Origin: an uncultured Verrucomicrobiae bacterium
GTDB lineage: Bacteria; Verrucomicrobiota; Verrucomicrobiia; Chthoniobacterales; JAATET01
NCBI GenBank assembly: GCA_963719495.1
Contig: CAVRCI010000013.1
Location: 576,001 to 640,000, forward strand
Direction of reading: 5' to 3'
Length of the DNA stretch: 64,000 bases
Shown here piece by piece: positions 31,401 through 40,220 of this stretch. Positions within the stretch are counted from its first letter, which is position 1; each line of letters starts with the position of its first letter. The notes beneath the pieces are model-generated. The model was not told where the DNA came from. It saw nothing but the letters and a program-made list of their open reading frames with translations, and ran no database searches. Made by a program: the position numbers and the translations under genes.

Positions 31401-32798
31401 ATGATCCGCTCACGGACGAAAGGGCTCTTCAACGCCTACATCCTGGCGGCCTCCCTCGCGCTCTTCGGCTCGTTCTGGCTGTATTTGATGGCTCTCGACC
31501 TGGTTCTCGGGATGGAGCTCGATTATTCGCGATATTTTTCCTACTCCCTCATCGCGCTCTTCGGCCTGTTGATCCACCTGTTTGGCATGGACCTCACGTC
31601 CACGAATCTCCTTACCCGGGACATCCTCCAGGCCTCCCGATTGGCGATCCGCCAGACCGTCAACGTTTTTGGAGCACTTTTGTTCATGTTCCTGATCACG
31701 AAGGATACGGGCATTTCTCGGCTGTTCCTGCTCACCTATCTCCCGGTTCTGGTGGTGAGCCTTTTCCTGATCAATGCCCTGGTTCCCCGCTGGCTTTGCC
31801 AGTTTTTCTTTTCGGGCCGACGGCTGACGCGCACGCTGCTGATCGGCCCGCCCAATCGGGTTCGCCACATTCAACGATGGTTGAAAGTGGTCGAAAACTA
31901 CGGCGTCGAAGCGGTCGGTCTCGTCACGTCGGCCCCGCGGAAATCGAGCTACGGACTTCCGATCGTCGGCCGGGTCGCCGATCTCCCCGCAATCCTTCGT
32001 GAATATCGTGTCGATTCCGTTCTTCTCCTGGAGATCCCGGAGGATCGTGCGCAGCTCAATCACATCCTGGCGACCACCGAGAGCGCCGGAGCCCGCTTGT
32101 CCGCCGTCAACTCTCTCTCCGAGGTCTTCCAGCACTCCCTTCGCTACTTCCACCACTTTGGATTCGACTTCGTCACGCTCCGCGAGGAGCCGCTCGAGGA
32201 TCCAATCAGCCGACTCAGTAAGCGGTTTTCCGACATCGTAATTTCTCTTCCGATCGTCCTGCTGGTGCTCCCGGTCCTCGCGGCTATCGTGGCGCTCATC
32301 CATCGTCGCAACGCGCCCGGCCCGCTCCTCTTCCGCCAGACGCGCACCGGTATCCGAAATCAACCCTTCGAAATTCTCAAGTTTCGGACCATGACGCCGA
32401 TCAACGACGATCCAGCCCGACAGGCCTGCGAGTCCGACCCCCGGATCTTCCGGGGCGGAAATTTCCTCCGCCGCACCAGCATCGACGAATTCCCCCAATT
32501 TCTCAACGTTCTCCGGGGGGAGATGAGCGTCGTCGGCCCGCGGCCGCACATGCTGAAGCACGACGAGGAATTCGCCGAGGTTTTCCATTCCTATCACGTC
32601 CGTTCCTACGTGAAACCCGGTCTCACCGGCCTCGCGCAGATCCGGGGCTTCCGAGGGGAAGCCAAAAACACCGACGACATTCGCAATCGGGTCGAATGCG
32701 ACATCGAATACATCGAGCGCTGGTCGCCGCTCGTCGATGCCTACATCATCGCAAAAACCGCCTCGCAGATCATCAAGCCGCCGAAGACGGCGTATTGA
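31401..32798 (+). CDS. wcaJ: Undecaprenyl-phosphate sugar-1-phosphate transferase (priming glycosyltransferase)
   Basis: Four N-terminal TM helices; KFRTM, IDEFPQFLNVLRGEMSVVGPRP and KPGLTGLAQ. Confidence 0.92.
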   Translation: MIRSRTKGLFNAYILAASLALFGSFWLYLMALDLVLGMELDYSRYFSYSLIALFGLLIHLFGMDLTSTNLLTRDILQASRLAIRQTVNVFGALLFMFLITKDTGISRLFLLTYLPVLVVSLFLINALVPRWLCQFFFSGRRLTRTLLIGPPNRVRHIQRWLKVVENYGVEAVGLVTSAPRKSSYGLPIVGRVADLPAILREYRVDSVLLLEIPEDRAQLNHILATTESAGARLSAVNSLSEVFQHSLRYFHHFGFDFVTLREEPLEDPISRLSKRFSDIVISLPIVLLVLPVLAAIVALIHRRNAPGPLLFRQTRTGIRNQPFEILKFRTMTPINDDPARQACESDPRIFRGGNFLRRTSIDEFPQFLNVLRGEMSVVGPRPHMLKHDEEFAEVFHSYHVRSYVKPGLTGLAQIRGFRGEAKNTDDIRNRVECDIEYIERWSPLVDAYIIAKTASQIIKPPKTAY

Positions 32799-32801
32799 TG
32801 C

Positions 32802-32995
32802 GTCGAGGGTCGAGCGCCTAAACCTCCTGAAGTTGAGAGTTTATAGTTGAGAGCCGGAGCGAAGCGGAGACCGCCGAAGGCAATTGAATGCTTCAGGATC
32901 AACGATTTGCGGAGCCAAGGGCGTTCACCTTCCAAGTGAACTCGTGATTCGGCGCAAGTCGCTCACCCCCAACTCTCAACTAACAACTCTCAACC
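32802..32995. repeat. Inverted heptamer-arm element (GTTGAGA / TCTCAAC) containing the 31-bp core
   Basis: GTCGAGGGTCGAG..GTTGAGAGTTTATAGTTGAGA ... ACTCTCAACTAACAACTCTCAAC. Confidence 0.7.
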
Positions 32996-33018
32996 ACCCA
33001 CTTTCCTTTTCGGGAGGG

Positions 33019-35082
33019 TCACTCTTCCGGCTCGACCACGTCCAGCCGCAGCGCCACGCTCGCCTCACCGTCCGGAGGATAGAATCGGAGCTGAATCTCC
33101 CGGACGGCCTCGGGTCGAAAAACCGGCTCCTCCGTCAGTCGGCCAAACGCGTAGGGGTGAAAATCCCGAAACGCCAGATACAGCTCGTTTCTCGGCGAAC
33201 GGGTCGGGTTACGTCCCAGATTTTCCCCGACCGCGAAGCGCTGCCCCCGGTCGTCGACCAAGTCGACCCGCACCTGGGGCGCCGCCCCCCGCCGGGCGGG
33301 GAAACGAATCCGGAGGAACGCGTCGACACCCCCGGGAAGACCTTCGACCCGGGTGACCGCCATCGGAGGCAACCGCGGATCCTGCCCGTCGTTCAGCACC
33401 ACGAAGCGATCCCACTGCTCCGACAATCCTCCCGACTCCCGGGCGGAGCCCGGCGCGACGCCGTTGAACCCCAACCAGACCCCTCCGCTCGTTTGATCGG
33501 CCACGGCCTCCGGTGCCCAGATCCAATCGACCGGTTCCGCGCGCGGAAGCGTTGCCGCGATTTCGTGACCGATCGGCAGAACTTTGCGCGCGGGCCGGAT
33601 GCCGGCCCAGATCTCCGCCGTCGAGCGCGCCAACCCCGCCCGCACGAACGCGGGTTCGAACGCGGCTCCCAGCTTGCCCCGCATCGTCAAAGCCTCGGCC
33701 GCCATCACGGCCACCCGCACCTCCGCCACTCCGAAAGCCGGAATCCGCAGCGGAATCCCACCCCCACTCGTTCGATCCTCGTCAACACCCGTGCGAGCCA
33801 CCTCGAGCCCTGGGTCCGCCTCCAACCGAAGCCCCCCAGCGACCGCGGAAGCCGATAAATTGTACACCAACCACCGACCCAGGATCGGCTCGACGTCCCG
33901 CCCGTTTCCGCGGAACCAATACGTCCCGCTCACCTTGTCGGGAATCGTCGTCGCGTTGTTCGGGAGCCATTGCACCACGATCCGATTCGGTGCCACCGGG
34001 CGCGCCACCGCCGGGGCCGTCGGCAGCGGGTGGTCGAGCGTGAACCTCCGGTAGGCGTCCCACGCCGGATACGGATCGCCGTTTCCCCGGATGAGCGACC
34101 AAAACGGCTGCCGCTCCCAGATCATCACGAAAGGCATGAACACGGCCACCCCCGCCTCCAGCGCCGCCGCCGCGGTTTCAACCGTGAATTCCCGCTGAAT
34201 CTCCCGCCCCCGCGCCTCCTCGACGTCGTCGTTGGGAACGGAGTGAATCCCGCACTCCGTCACCCAAAGCGGGAGTTCCCGGTCGACCACGTGCTTTCGG
34301 GCAAACGCTTGGTGCGCCCGCAGCGAATCGCCAAAATCTCGCGCGTGCCCGTAAAAATGCACGTTCAGCGCGTCGGTGTAATCGTAGAGCCCATTCGCCG
34401 CGGCCCGTTCGAGCCAGGGTCCCGGGAAGAGTCCCAGCGCCCCCATGAGAACGGCCGGCTCGTGCTCCCCGCCCGCGTGCGCCGCCCCGTCGCGCAGTCC
34501 CAGGTAAAGCGCCTTCGAATAAGCCGCGAAGCGATCCGGCAGATCCGGAATGAAGAACACGTCCGGCTCGTTCGGCAGTTCCCACGCCGCCACCAGGCCC
34601 CGCGTGCGCCGTCCCAGCTCCCGCGACGTCCGGTAGACCTCGAGCAGATCCTCGTGCAACCGATTGGGTGGACTCACTCCCACGGGCCGCCCCGGCAGCG
34701 TCGCGAACGCCACCACCCCGAACCCCTCGTCCCGGAGATCCCGATACGTCGCAAACTCGCCCGTCCGCCAAATCGCCGGATCCCGCGAATCCCCGTGATT
34801 GCGCTCGCGCAGGTAATGAATCCCCGTCGCCCGCAGCCGATCAACGAACATCGGCCGCTGCTCAGCCTGCAAATGACCCGATACGATGGCATCCACGCCC
34901 CAACCCGAGCTCAGTTCGCGTGAGTCGGGGGTATCGGTTTGCAAGCGGCTGGTGGATGGAGCCCCGGAATCCGACCGCCAGGCCGCCGCCAGCCCAAGCC
35001 CCAGCAACGCAATCGCCACCGCCGGAGGCCCCCAGCCAGCCACTCGCCGACCCTGATCCGCTCCCTCCACACTTCCCTTCAT
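33019..35082 (-). CDS. Membrane-anchored/periplasmic clan GH-A glycoside hydrolase (GH39/GH5-like)
   Basis: N-terminal hydrophobic segment; WELPNEPD, NVHFY and LWVTECG; start uncertain. Confidence 0.7.
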   Translation of the reverse strand: MKGSVEGADQGRRVAGWGPPAVAIALLGLGLAAAWRSDSGAPSTSRLQTDTPDSRELSSGWGVDAIVSGHLQAEQRPMFVDRLRATGIHYLRERNHGDSRDPAIWRTGEFATYRDLRDEGFGVVAFATLPGRPVGVSPPNRLHEDLLEVYRTSRELGRRTRGLVAAWELPNEPDVFFIPDLPDRFAAYSKALYLGLRDGAAHAGGEHEPAVLMGALGLFPGPWLERAAANGLYDYTDALNVHFYGHARDFGDSLRAHQAFARKHVVDRELPLWVTECGIHSVPNDDVEEARGREIQREFTVETAAAALEAGVAVFMPFVMIWERQPFWSLIRGNGDPYPAWDAYRRFTLDHPLPTAPAVARPVAPNRIVVQWLPNNATTIPDKVSGTYWFRGNGRDVEPILGRWLVYNLSASAVAGGLRLEADPGLEVARTGVDEDRTSGGGIPLRIPAFGVAEVRVAVMAAEALTMRGKLGAAFEPAFVRAGLARSTAEIWAGIRPARKVLPIGHEIAATLPRAEPVDWIWAPEAVADQTSGGVWLGFNGVAPGSARESGGLSEQWDRFVVLNDGQDPRLPPMAVTRVEGLPGGVDAFLRIRFPARRGAAPQVRVDLVDDRGQRFAVGENLGRNPTRSPRNELYLAFRDFHPYAFGRLTEEPVFRPEAVREIQLRFYPPDGEASVALRLDVVEPEE

Positions 35083-35135
35083 CCCGCCATCAAGACACAA
35101 AAAATGCCCGGAGAGCAAACTCTCCGGGCGAGTGA

Positions 35136-35212
35136 GTCGAGGGTCGAGGGTCGAGGGTCGAGGGTCGAGGGTCGAGGGTCGAGGGTCGAGGGTCGAGGGT
35201 CGAGGGTCGAGG
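35136..35212. repeat. Perfect heptamer tandem repeat (GTCGAGG) x11
   Basis: Counted directly, 77 bp. Confidence 0.97.
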
Positions 35213-35432
35213 GGCCGGGGAGCGCGCGCGTCCCGCGGGCGAGGTGCGGCGTCCCCGCCGCGGCGATCGATCGGCTTCGCGCCAGCGAGCCGATGCTCGT
35301 GAGGAGCGGCGACCTCCCGCTCGCCGAACCAAGGTAATTTGGCAACAGCCGGACACTTTCGGCGAGTCGAGAGTCGAGCGGTTACGAAATGCCATCAGCC
35401 ACCAACCCTCGACGCTCGCCAGCGCCCCCCCT

Positions 35433-35468
35433 CTGTCATGTTGAGCGAAGCGAAGCATCCCTGGCTCC
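35433..35468 (+). repeat. REP-like element family D (TGTCATGYTGAGCGAAGCGAAGCATC)
   Basis: Copies at 35841 (+), 54307 (+) and 37419-37455 (-). Confidence 0.8.
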
Positions 35469-35504
35469 CGAAGTCCTCACCGGTCACCCTCCACGCACCA
35501 GCGA

Positions 35505-35714
35505 TTAAACCGAAACGCCCCGGAATCTCAGGCGTCGAATGTGATCGTAAGCCAGAATGTCGACGTTCTCTTCGTCGTCGAGAATGGCCAACACGTGCTT
35601 CGCGGGCAAAACGTGATCGACCGTCGCAATGGCGTAGACGACGTCGTCCGCAACCTCGATCACGAAAGGAACGAACGGAACGGCGCGCAGAAGCTCGAGA
35701 AGTTCCTCCTTCAT
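35505..35714 (-). CDS. Small hypothetical protein (PFxPF type seen in PVC genomes)
   Basis: 69 aa MKEELLELLRAVPFVPFVIEVADD..., flanked by family D repeats. Confidence 0.65.
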   Translation of the reverse strand: MKEELLELLRAVPFVPFVIEVADDVVYAIATVDHVLPAKHVLAILDDEENVDILAYDHIRRLRFRGVSV

Positions 35715-35840
35715 CCTGCCGTAGGGTATTTCACGAGTGCCCACCAGGCGAGCGGCAAACCGGGCTGTGGGATGCGTCGAGCGTCGAGCGCTTATAAAAT
35801 GCGGCCAGCCACCGCGCTCGATCCTCCACTCATCCCCCCT

Positions 35841-35878
35841 CTGTCATGCTGAGCGAAGCGAAGCATCTCTGGCACCCG
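35841..35878 (+). repeat. REP-like element family D
   Basis: CTGTCATGCTGAGCGAAGCGAAGCATCTCTGGC. Confidence 0.8.
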
Positions 35879-35910
35879 AATCCCTCGCTCGACCCCCGCC
35901 TCATCACCAG

Positions 35911-36735
35911 TCACCCGCCTTCCAACGCAAAGTCTCCACCGTCCCCCTCGACCCGATCTTTGGCGCCCGCCACGTATTCCGCGTCGACATCGTATCCCCG
36001 GAACTCCCGCACCCCGCAGCGCTTCGCCGCCTCCCACGAACTCCCGAGTCCCAGGAACGGATCCAACACCGTCAGCTCCTCGCACCGCCCGTGCAGACGG
36101 ATACACCGCTCCGGCAGGGCCACCGGGAACGTCGCCGGATGCGGGCGGTCCTTCGAGCGGTTCGTGATTGTCTCGTAAGGAATGAACCAATTATTGCCCC
36201 GGCAGCGCAGATCGGCTCCACCCGTGTGCGCCCACCGCCCGATGTTCGATTTGTGCTCGTAGGGCACGCCAACCGCGCGCCGGTCGAGCGGGACGTCCCC
36301 CGTTTTGGTCAAATGAAAGACCGGCTCGTGGCAATCCGTCACGAACCGCTTCGAGTTGATCGGTTTGAAGTGCCCGACGGTCCGCTCCCGATCCTTGAGG
36401 GGCACCGAGATCGATTTGATCCAATGAAACGTATTCTGCAAATGCCAGCCCGCGTCAACGAGTTGGAGGATAAGCCGCATTGGCAAAGTCGGCTGACTCG
36501 GCGATGACCCGAGATTGAGAAAAAACGAGCCGCCGTCCGACAACACCCGCCGCACCTCCGCCGTCCATTCCCCGCACCAAGCCAGATAAGCTCCCTCGGA
36601 AAGCTGGTCTTTGTAGGCCCCGTAGGCCATTCCCAGATTGTAGGGCGGGGAAGTGACGACCAAGTCAATGCTTCCGTCGGCCAGATCCCTCCGCATCCCG
36701 GCAATGCAGTCGTCGACGTGAATGGATGATTTCAT
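35911..36735 (-). CDS. Orphan site-specific DNA amino-methyltransferase (beta class, m4C/m6A)
   Basis: TSPPY motif IV before HPATFP and DPFLGLGS motif I. Confidence 0.9.
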   Translation of the reverse strand: MKSSIHVDDCIAGMRRDLADGSIDLVVTSPPYNLGMAYGAYKDQLSEGAYLAWCGEWTAEVRRVLSDGGSFFLNLGSSPSQPTLPMRLILQLVDAGWHLQNTFHWIKSISVPLKDRERTVGHFKPINSKRFVTDCHEPVFHLTKTGDVPLDRRAVGVPYEHKSNIGRWAHTGGADLRCRGNNWFIPYETITNRSKDRPHPATFPVALPERCIRLHGRCEELTVLDPFLGLGSSWEAAKRCGVREFRGYDVDAEYVAGAKDRVEGDGGDFALEGG

Positions 36736-36879
36736 GGATGGCACGGGAATCGAGGTTCAAAACGTTATGACAGCACGCGGTGGGTGCGATTGCGAGAAAG
36801 GTCAAAAAATCGGCTGGCGCTATTAGTTGGGTAGGGAACGTCGCGCCGCGCGTTCCCTCTCTGACGACTTTGGCAATCG

Positions 36880-37010
36880 CAATCGACCGCAGGGAAGCCA
36901 TCGCGGAGACGGTGGAAATCCTCGGGAATCCGGAAGCGATGCGAGCGATTCGCGATCACGAATCCGGTCGAGCGACCACCCACGACGTCTCGGTGCTCGA
37001 CGATTTATGA
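36880..37010 (+). pseudogene. C-terminal remnant of a Phd/YefM-like antitoxin
   Basis: REAIAETVEILGNPEAMRAIR...; ATGA overlap with the toxin; N-terminal domain absent and a REP sits at 36831-36857. Confidence 0.6.
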
Positions 37011-37228
37011 TTCGCCTCCTGATTCATCAGGGCGTCCTCGAGGCACTCCGCCGGATGCCTCCCCAATCGAGGCACGCCATCCGGCAGGCCATCGAAAGCC
37101 TCGCTTGAGACCGGGGCGATCTCAAAGCGCTTACCGGAGAACTTGTCGGATATTGCCGCCTTCGCGTCGGGCAATACCGGGTCATCTTCCAATGCTCGGG
37201 CAGCGAAGGGGCCCAAACCATCACCTAA
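37007..37228 (+). pseudogene. RelE/ParE-family toxin pseudogene
   Basis: MIRLLIH...ESLA-TGA-DRGDLKALTGELVGYCRLRVGQYRVIF; in-frame stop at 37106-37108. Confidence 0.78.
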
Positions 37229-37418
37229 AAGGAAAGTGAATCGTTGAGGGTCGGTAGTTGAGAGTTGAGAATACGCGACTTAAGCCAAATTTCGCGCTCA
37301 CCTTTCAAGTCGAGTCGCTGGTTTCTCAGTTTTCGATTCAACCTTTCCGTTTCACTCACGCCAAGCCCGTCAACGGTCACCTGGAAGTTTTCGGTCGGCG
37401 TTTGGTTCGCCGTTCCTG

Positions 37419-37455
37419 AGAAGCCAGAGATGTTTCGCTTTGCTCAACAGGACAG
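37419..37455 (-). repeat. REP-like element family D, inverted
   Basis: Reverse complement CTGTCCTGTTGAGCAAAGCGAAACATCTCTGGCTTCTC, nearly identical to 54307-54344. Confidence 0.8.
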
Positions 37456-37555
37456 GGTTTTGGGAACGGTGGCGGGCGAATTCTTTGGAAGCCAGGGCTT
37501 CGGGGCCGCATTCGGATTGGCAGTCCGGGGCGGCGTCGGCTAGTTTTCCCCCGCG

Positions 37556-40219
37556 ATGGCGCCACCCACCGGGACGATCACTTTTCTCTTCACGGACATC
37601 GAGGGGAGTTCGCGTCTTTGGGAGCGGCATCCCGTTGCGATGCGGCATTCGCTGGCCCGGCACGATGCGATCGTTCGCGGCACCGTCGAGGCGCACTCGG
37701 GGTTCGTTTTCAAGACGGTGGGCGACGCGTTCTGCGTGGCGTTCGATACCGCGGTGGACGCGGTGCGGGCGGCGGCGGCGGCTCAGTCCGCTTTGGCCAC
37801 GGAGCCCTGGGTGGAGACCGGTCCTCTGCTCGTGCGGATGGCGCTGCACGTGGGGGCGGCGGAGCTGCGGGAGGGCGATTATTTCGGCGACGCTCTGAAT
37901 CGTGTCTCCCGCATCCTGGCGGGCGCGCACGGCGGGCAGACGCTCATGTCGCGGCCCGTCGAGGAGCTGGTTCGCGATCACCAATTGCCGGGGATCGGTC
38001 GGCTCGATCTGGGTGAACACCGGCTTCGGGATCTGGACCGACCGGAGCATTTGTATCAATTCGTGATCGAGGGTCAGCGCCGGGACTTTCCGCCGCTGCG
38101 CACGCTCATCGCGACGCCGACGAATCTGCCGACGAATCTCAGCAGTTTCGTCGGGCGGGAGAAGCACGTGGACGAAGTGCGCCGACTGCTCGGTGAGTGC
38201 CGACTACTCACGCTCACCGGCACGGGCGGGACCGGGAAGACGCGGCTCTCGCTGCAGGTCGCGGCGCAGGTGCTCGACGATCATCCGGACGGCGTCTTCT
38301 TCATCGAACTGGCGACCCTCACCGATCCGCAGAGGACGTGGGAGACGGTCGCGGGTGCCGTCGGCGTGCGGGAGGAGGCGGACATCCCGCTTCGCCGGAC
38401 GCTCATTCGATTCCTCGAGAAGCGGGACATTCTGCTCATCGTGGACAACTGCGAGCATCTGCTCGCCGATTGCGCGGCGCTCGGGACGGATCTGCTCGCG
38501 GCGTGTCCGGGTTTGCGGATTCTGGCGACGAGTCGCACGCCGCTCGGATTGTCCGGCGAATGCACGTGGTCGGTGCCGCCGCTCACGATTCTGGATCCGG
38601 CGCGGGATCTTTTTCAGGTGCCCGACGTCGTGGCGAAGGTGTCGCAATTCGAGGCCGCACGGCTCTTCATCGACCGGGCGGCGTCGGCGAAACCGGGGTT
38701 CGTGGTGAACGCCGAGAACGCTCCGGCGATCGCGCAGATCTGCTGGCGACTCGACGGGATCCCGCTGGCGATCGAGTTGGCGGCGGCGCGGGCGCGGGTG
38801 CTTTCGCCCGAGCAGATCGCGAACCGGCTCGACGACCGTTTTCGGCTGCTCACGGGCGGCAACCGCTCGGTGCTGCCGCATCAGCAGACGCTGCGGGCGC
38901 TCATCGATTGGAGTTACGATCTGCTGTCGGACGCGGAGCGGGTGCTTTTCCGGCGGCTGGGAGTCTTCGGGGGTGGGCGGACGATTGAGGGGATCGAGGC
39001 GGTCTGCACGGGGGATGGCGTCGATGCCTTCGACGCTCTGGACCTGCTCCAGCAGCTGGTCGACAAGAGCCTGCTCGCGGTGGAATCCGATCCCGAGCAC
39101 GGCGACCGCTACACGATGATCGAATCGGTCTGGCAATACGCGCAGGAGAAACTCGAGGAATCGGGCGAGGCGACGGAACTGCGCGACCGGCACCTCGATT
39201 TCTTTCTGGCGACGGCCGAGCGGGCGCAACCCGGTCTGGAAGGTCCCGAGGTGGCCAAATGGCTCGAGCGCGTCGACACCGAGCGTGGAAATTTCCGCCT
39301 CGCGTTCGGGTGGGCCATCGAGAGTCCGACGAATGTCGGCAAGGGGCTCGTGATCGCCGGGTCGCTTACGCGTTACTTCGAGATTCGCGGCAATCTCGTG
39401 GAGGCCCGCAAGGTTTTCGATCGCGCCTTGGCGGCACCCGGTGCTCACGAACCCGGGCTGGCGCGGGCCGCCGCCCTCTCCGGAGCCGGGCGGATCGCGT
39501 GGTGCCAGGACCGGGGCGAGGACGCGGAGAAATTTTACAATTGCGCGGCTGATCTGTTCGAAAATTGCGGCGACGCGGTCCGCGCCGCGCTCAATCGCGC
39601 ATTCCTGGGGTTTATCGAGCGGAACAGCGGGCGAATCGACGATGCCAAGGCGCGGTTCGCAGCCTGCCACCGGGTCGGCACCGAGAGCGGAAATATTTTG
39701 CTGACCGGCATCGCGCTGAGTGGACTCGGCACGATCGCGTCGGATCAGGGAGACGCGACGCTGGCCCGGCGGCTCAAGGAGGAGAGCCTCGCGCTCTTCC
39801 GCGCCGTCGGGGACATCTGGGTCACGGGTTACAACCTGTGGGGGCTCGCCCGGGCGTGCGAGGCGGAGGGCGACACGCCCGCCGCCCGGCGGGCGGTCGA
39901 AGAGTGGATCGAAATCACCCGCAGTCTCGGCAACCGCTGGGCGCTGCCCTACGTGATGAAGGTCCTCGGCGACATCCTCCTCATGGAGGACGCGCCCGGT
40001 GCCGCCGCCCGACTGTTCGGAGCCGCCGAGTCGGCCCGGGAGGCGCTCGGCATCTCGCTCGATCTGGCCGATCAGAAGGAACTCGATCAATCCATTGCCC
40101 GGCTGGCCAGCGCGCTCGACGCGGAATCGATTCAGCGGGAATGGACGCTCGGACGCGAGACCCAGGTCTGGCAGGCCATCGATCACGCACTGAAGCCGCC
40201 GCTGGCCGCCGCCGCTTGA
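37556..40219 (+). CDS. Class III adenylate/guanylate cyclase + STAND (NB-ARC-like) NTPase + TPR protein
   Basis: FLFTDIEGS, KTVGDAF and DYFGDALNRVSR; GTGGTGKTR, DNCEHL and LDGIPLAIELAAAR; helical repeats; no C-terminal LuxR HTH. Confidence 0.88.
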   Translation: MAPPTGTITFLFTDIEGSSRLWERHPVAMRHSLARHDAIVRGTVEAHSGFVFKTVGDAFCVAFDTAVDAVRAAAAAQSALATEPWVETGPLLVRMALHVGAAELREGDYFGDALNRVSRILAGAHGGQTLMSRPVEELVRDHQLPGIGRLDLGEHRLRDLDRPEHLYQFVIEGQRRDFPPLRTLIATPTNLPTNLSSFVGREKHVDEVRRLLGECRLLTLTGTGGTGKTRLSLQVAAQVLDDHPDGVFFIELATLTDPQRTWETVAGAVGVREEADIPLRRTLIRFLEKRDILLIVDNCEHLLADCAALGTDLLAACPGLRILATSRTPLGLSGECTWSVPPLTILDPARDLFQVPDVVAKVSQFEAARLFIDRAASAKPGFVVNAENAPAIAQICWRLDGIPLAIELAAARARVLSPEQIANRLDDRFRLLTGGNRSVLPHQQTLRALIDWSYDLLSDAERVLFRRLGVFGGGRTIEGIEAVCTGDGVDAFDALDLLQQLVDKSLLAVESDPEHGDRYTMIESVWQYAQEKLEESGEATELRDRHLDFFLATAERAQPGLEGPEVAKWLERVDTERGNFRLAFGWAIESPTNVGKGLVIAGSLTRYFEIRGNLVEARKVFDRALAAPGAHEPGLARAAALSGAGRIAWCQDRGEDAEKFYNCAADLFENCGDAVRAALNRAFLGFIERNSGRIDDAKARFAACHRVGTESGNILLTGIALSGLGTIASDQGDATLARRLKEESLALFRAVGDIWVTGYNLWGLARACEAEGDTPAARRAVEEWIEITRSLGNRWALPYVMKVLGDILLMEDAPGAAARLFGAAESAREALGISLDLADQKELDQSIARLASALDAESIQREWTLGRETQVWQAIDHALKPPLAAAA

Positions 40220-40220
40220 A

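Noticed and set aside
34939..35458. ORFs with SRVEGRG / PSTLDPR repeats
   Set aside because: Artefacts of the (GTCGAGG)11 tract
37106..37108. Programmed read-through or selenocysteine at the relE TGA
   Set aside because: No Cys-equivalent position or SECIS evident; TGA is a normal stop elsewhere in the window; the partner gene is also broken
35420..37460. Integron cassette array
   Set aside because: Mixed gene orientations, no attC R''/R' consensus recognised and no integrase
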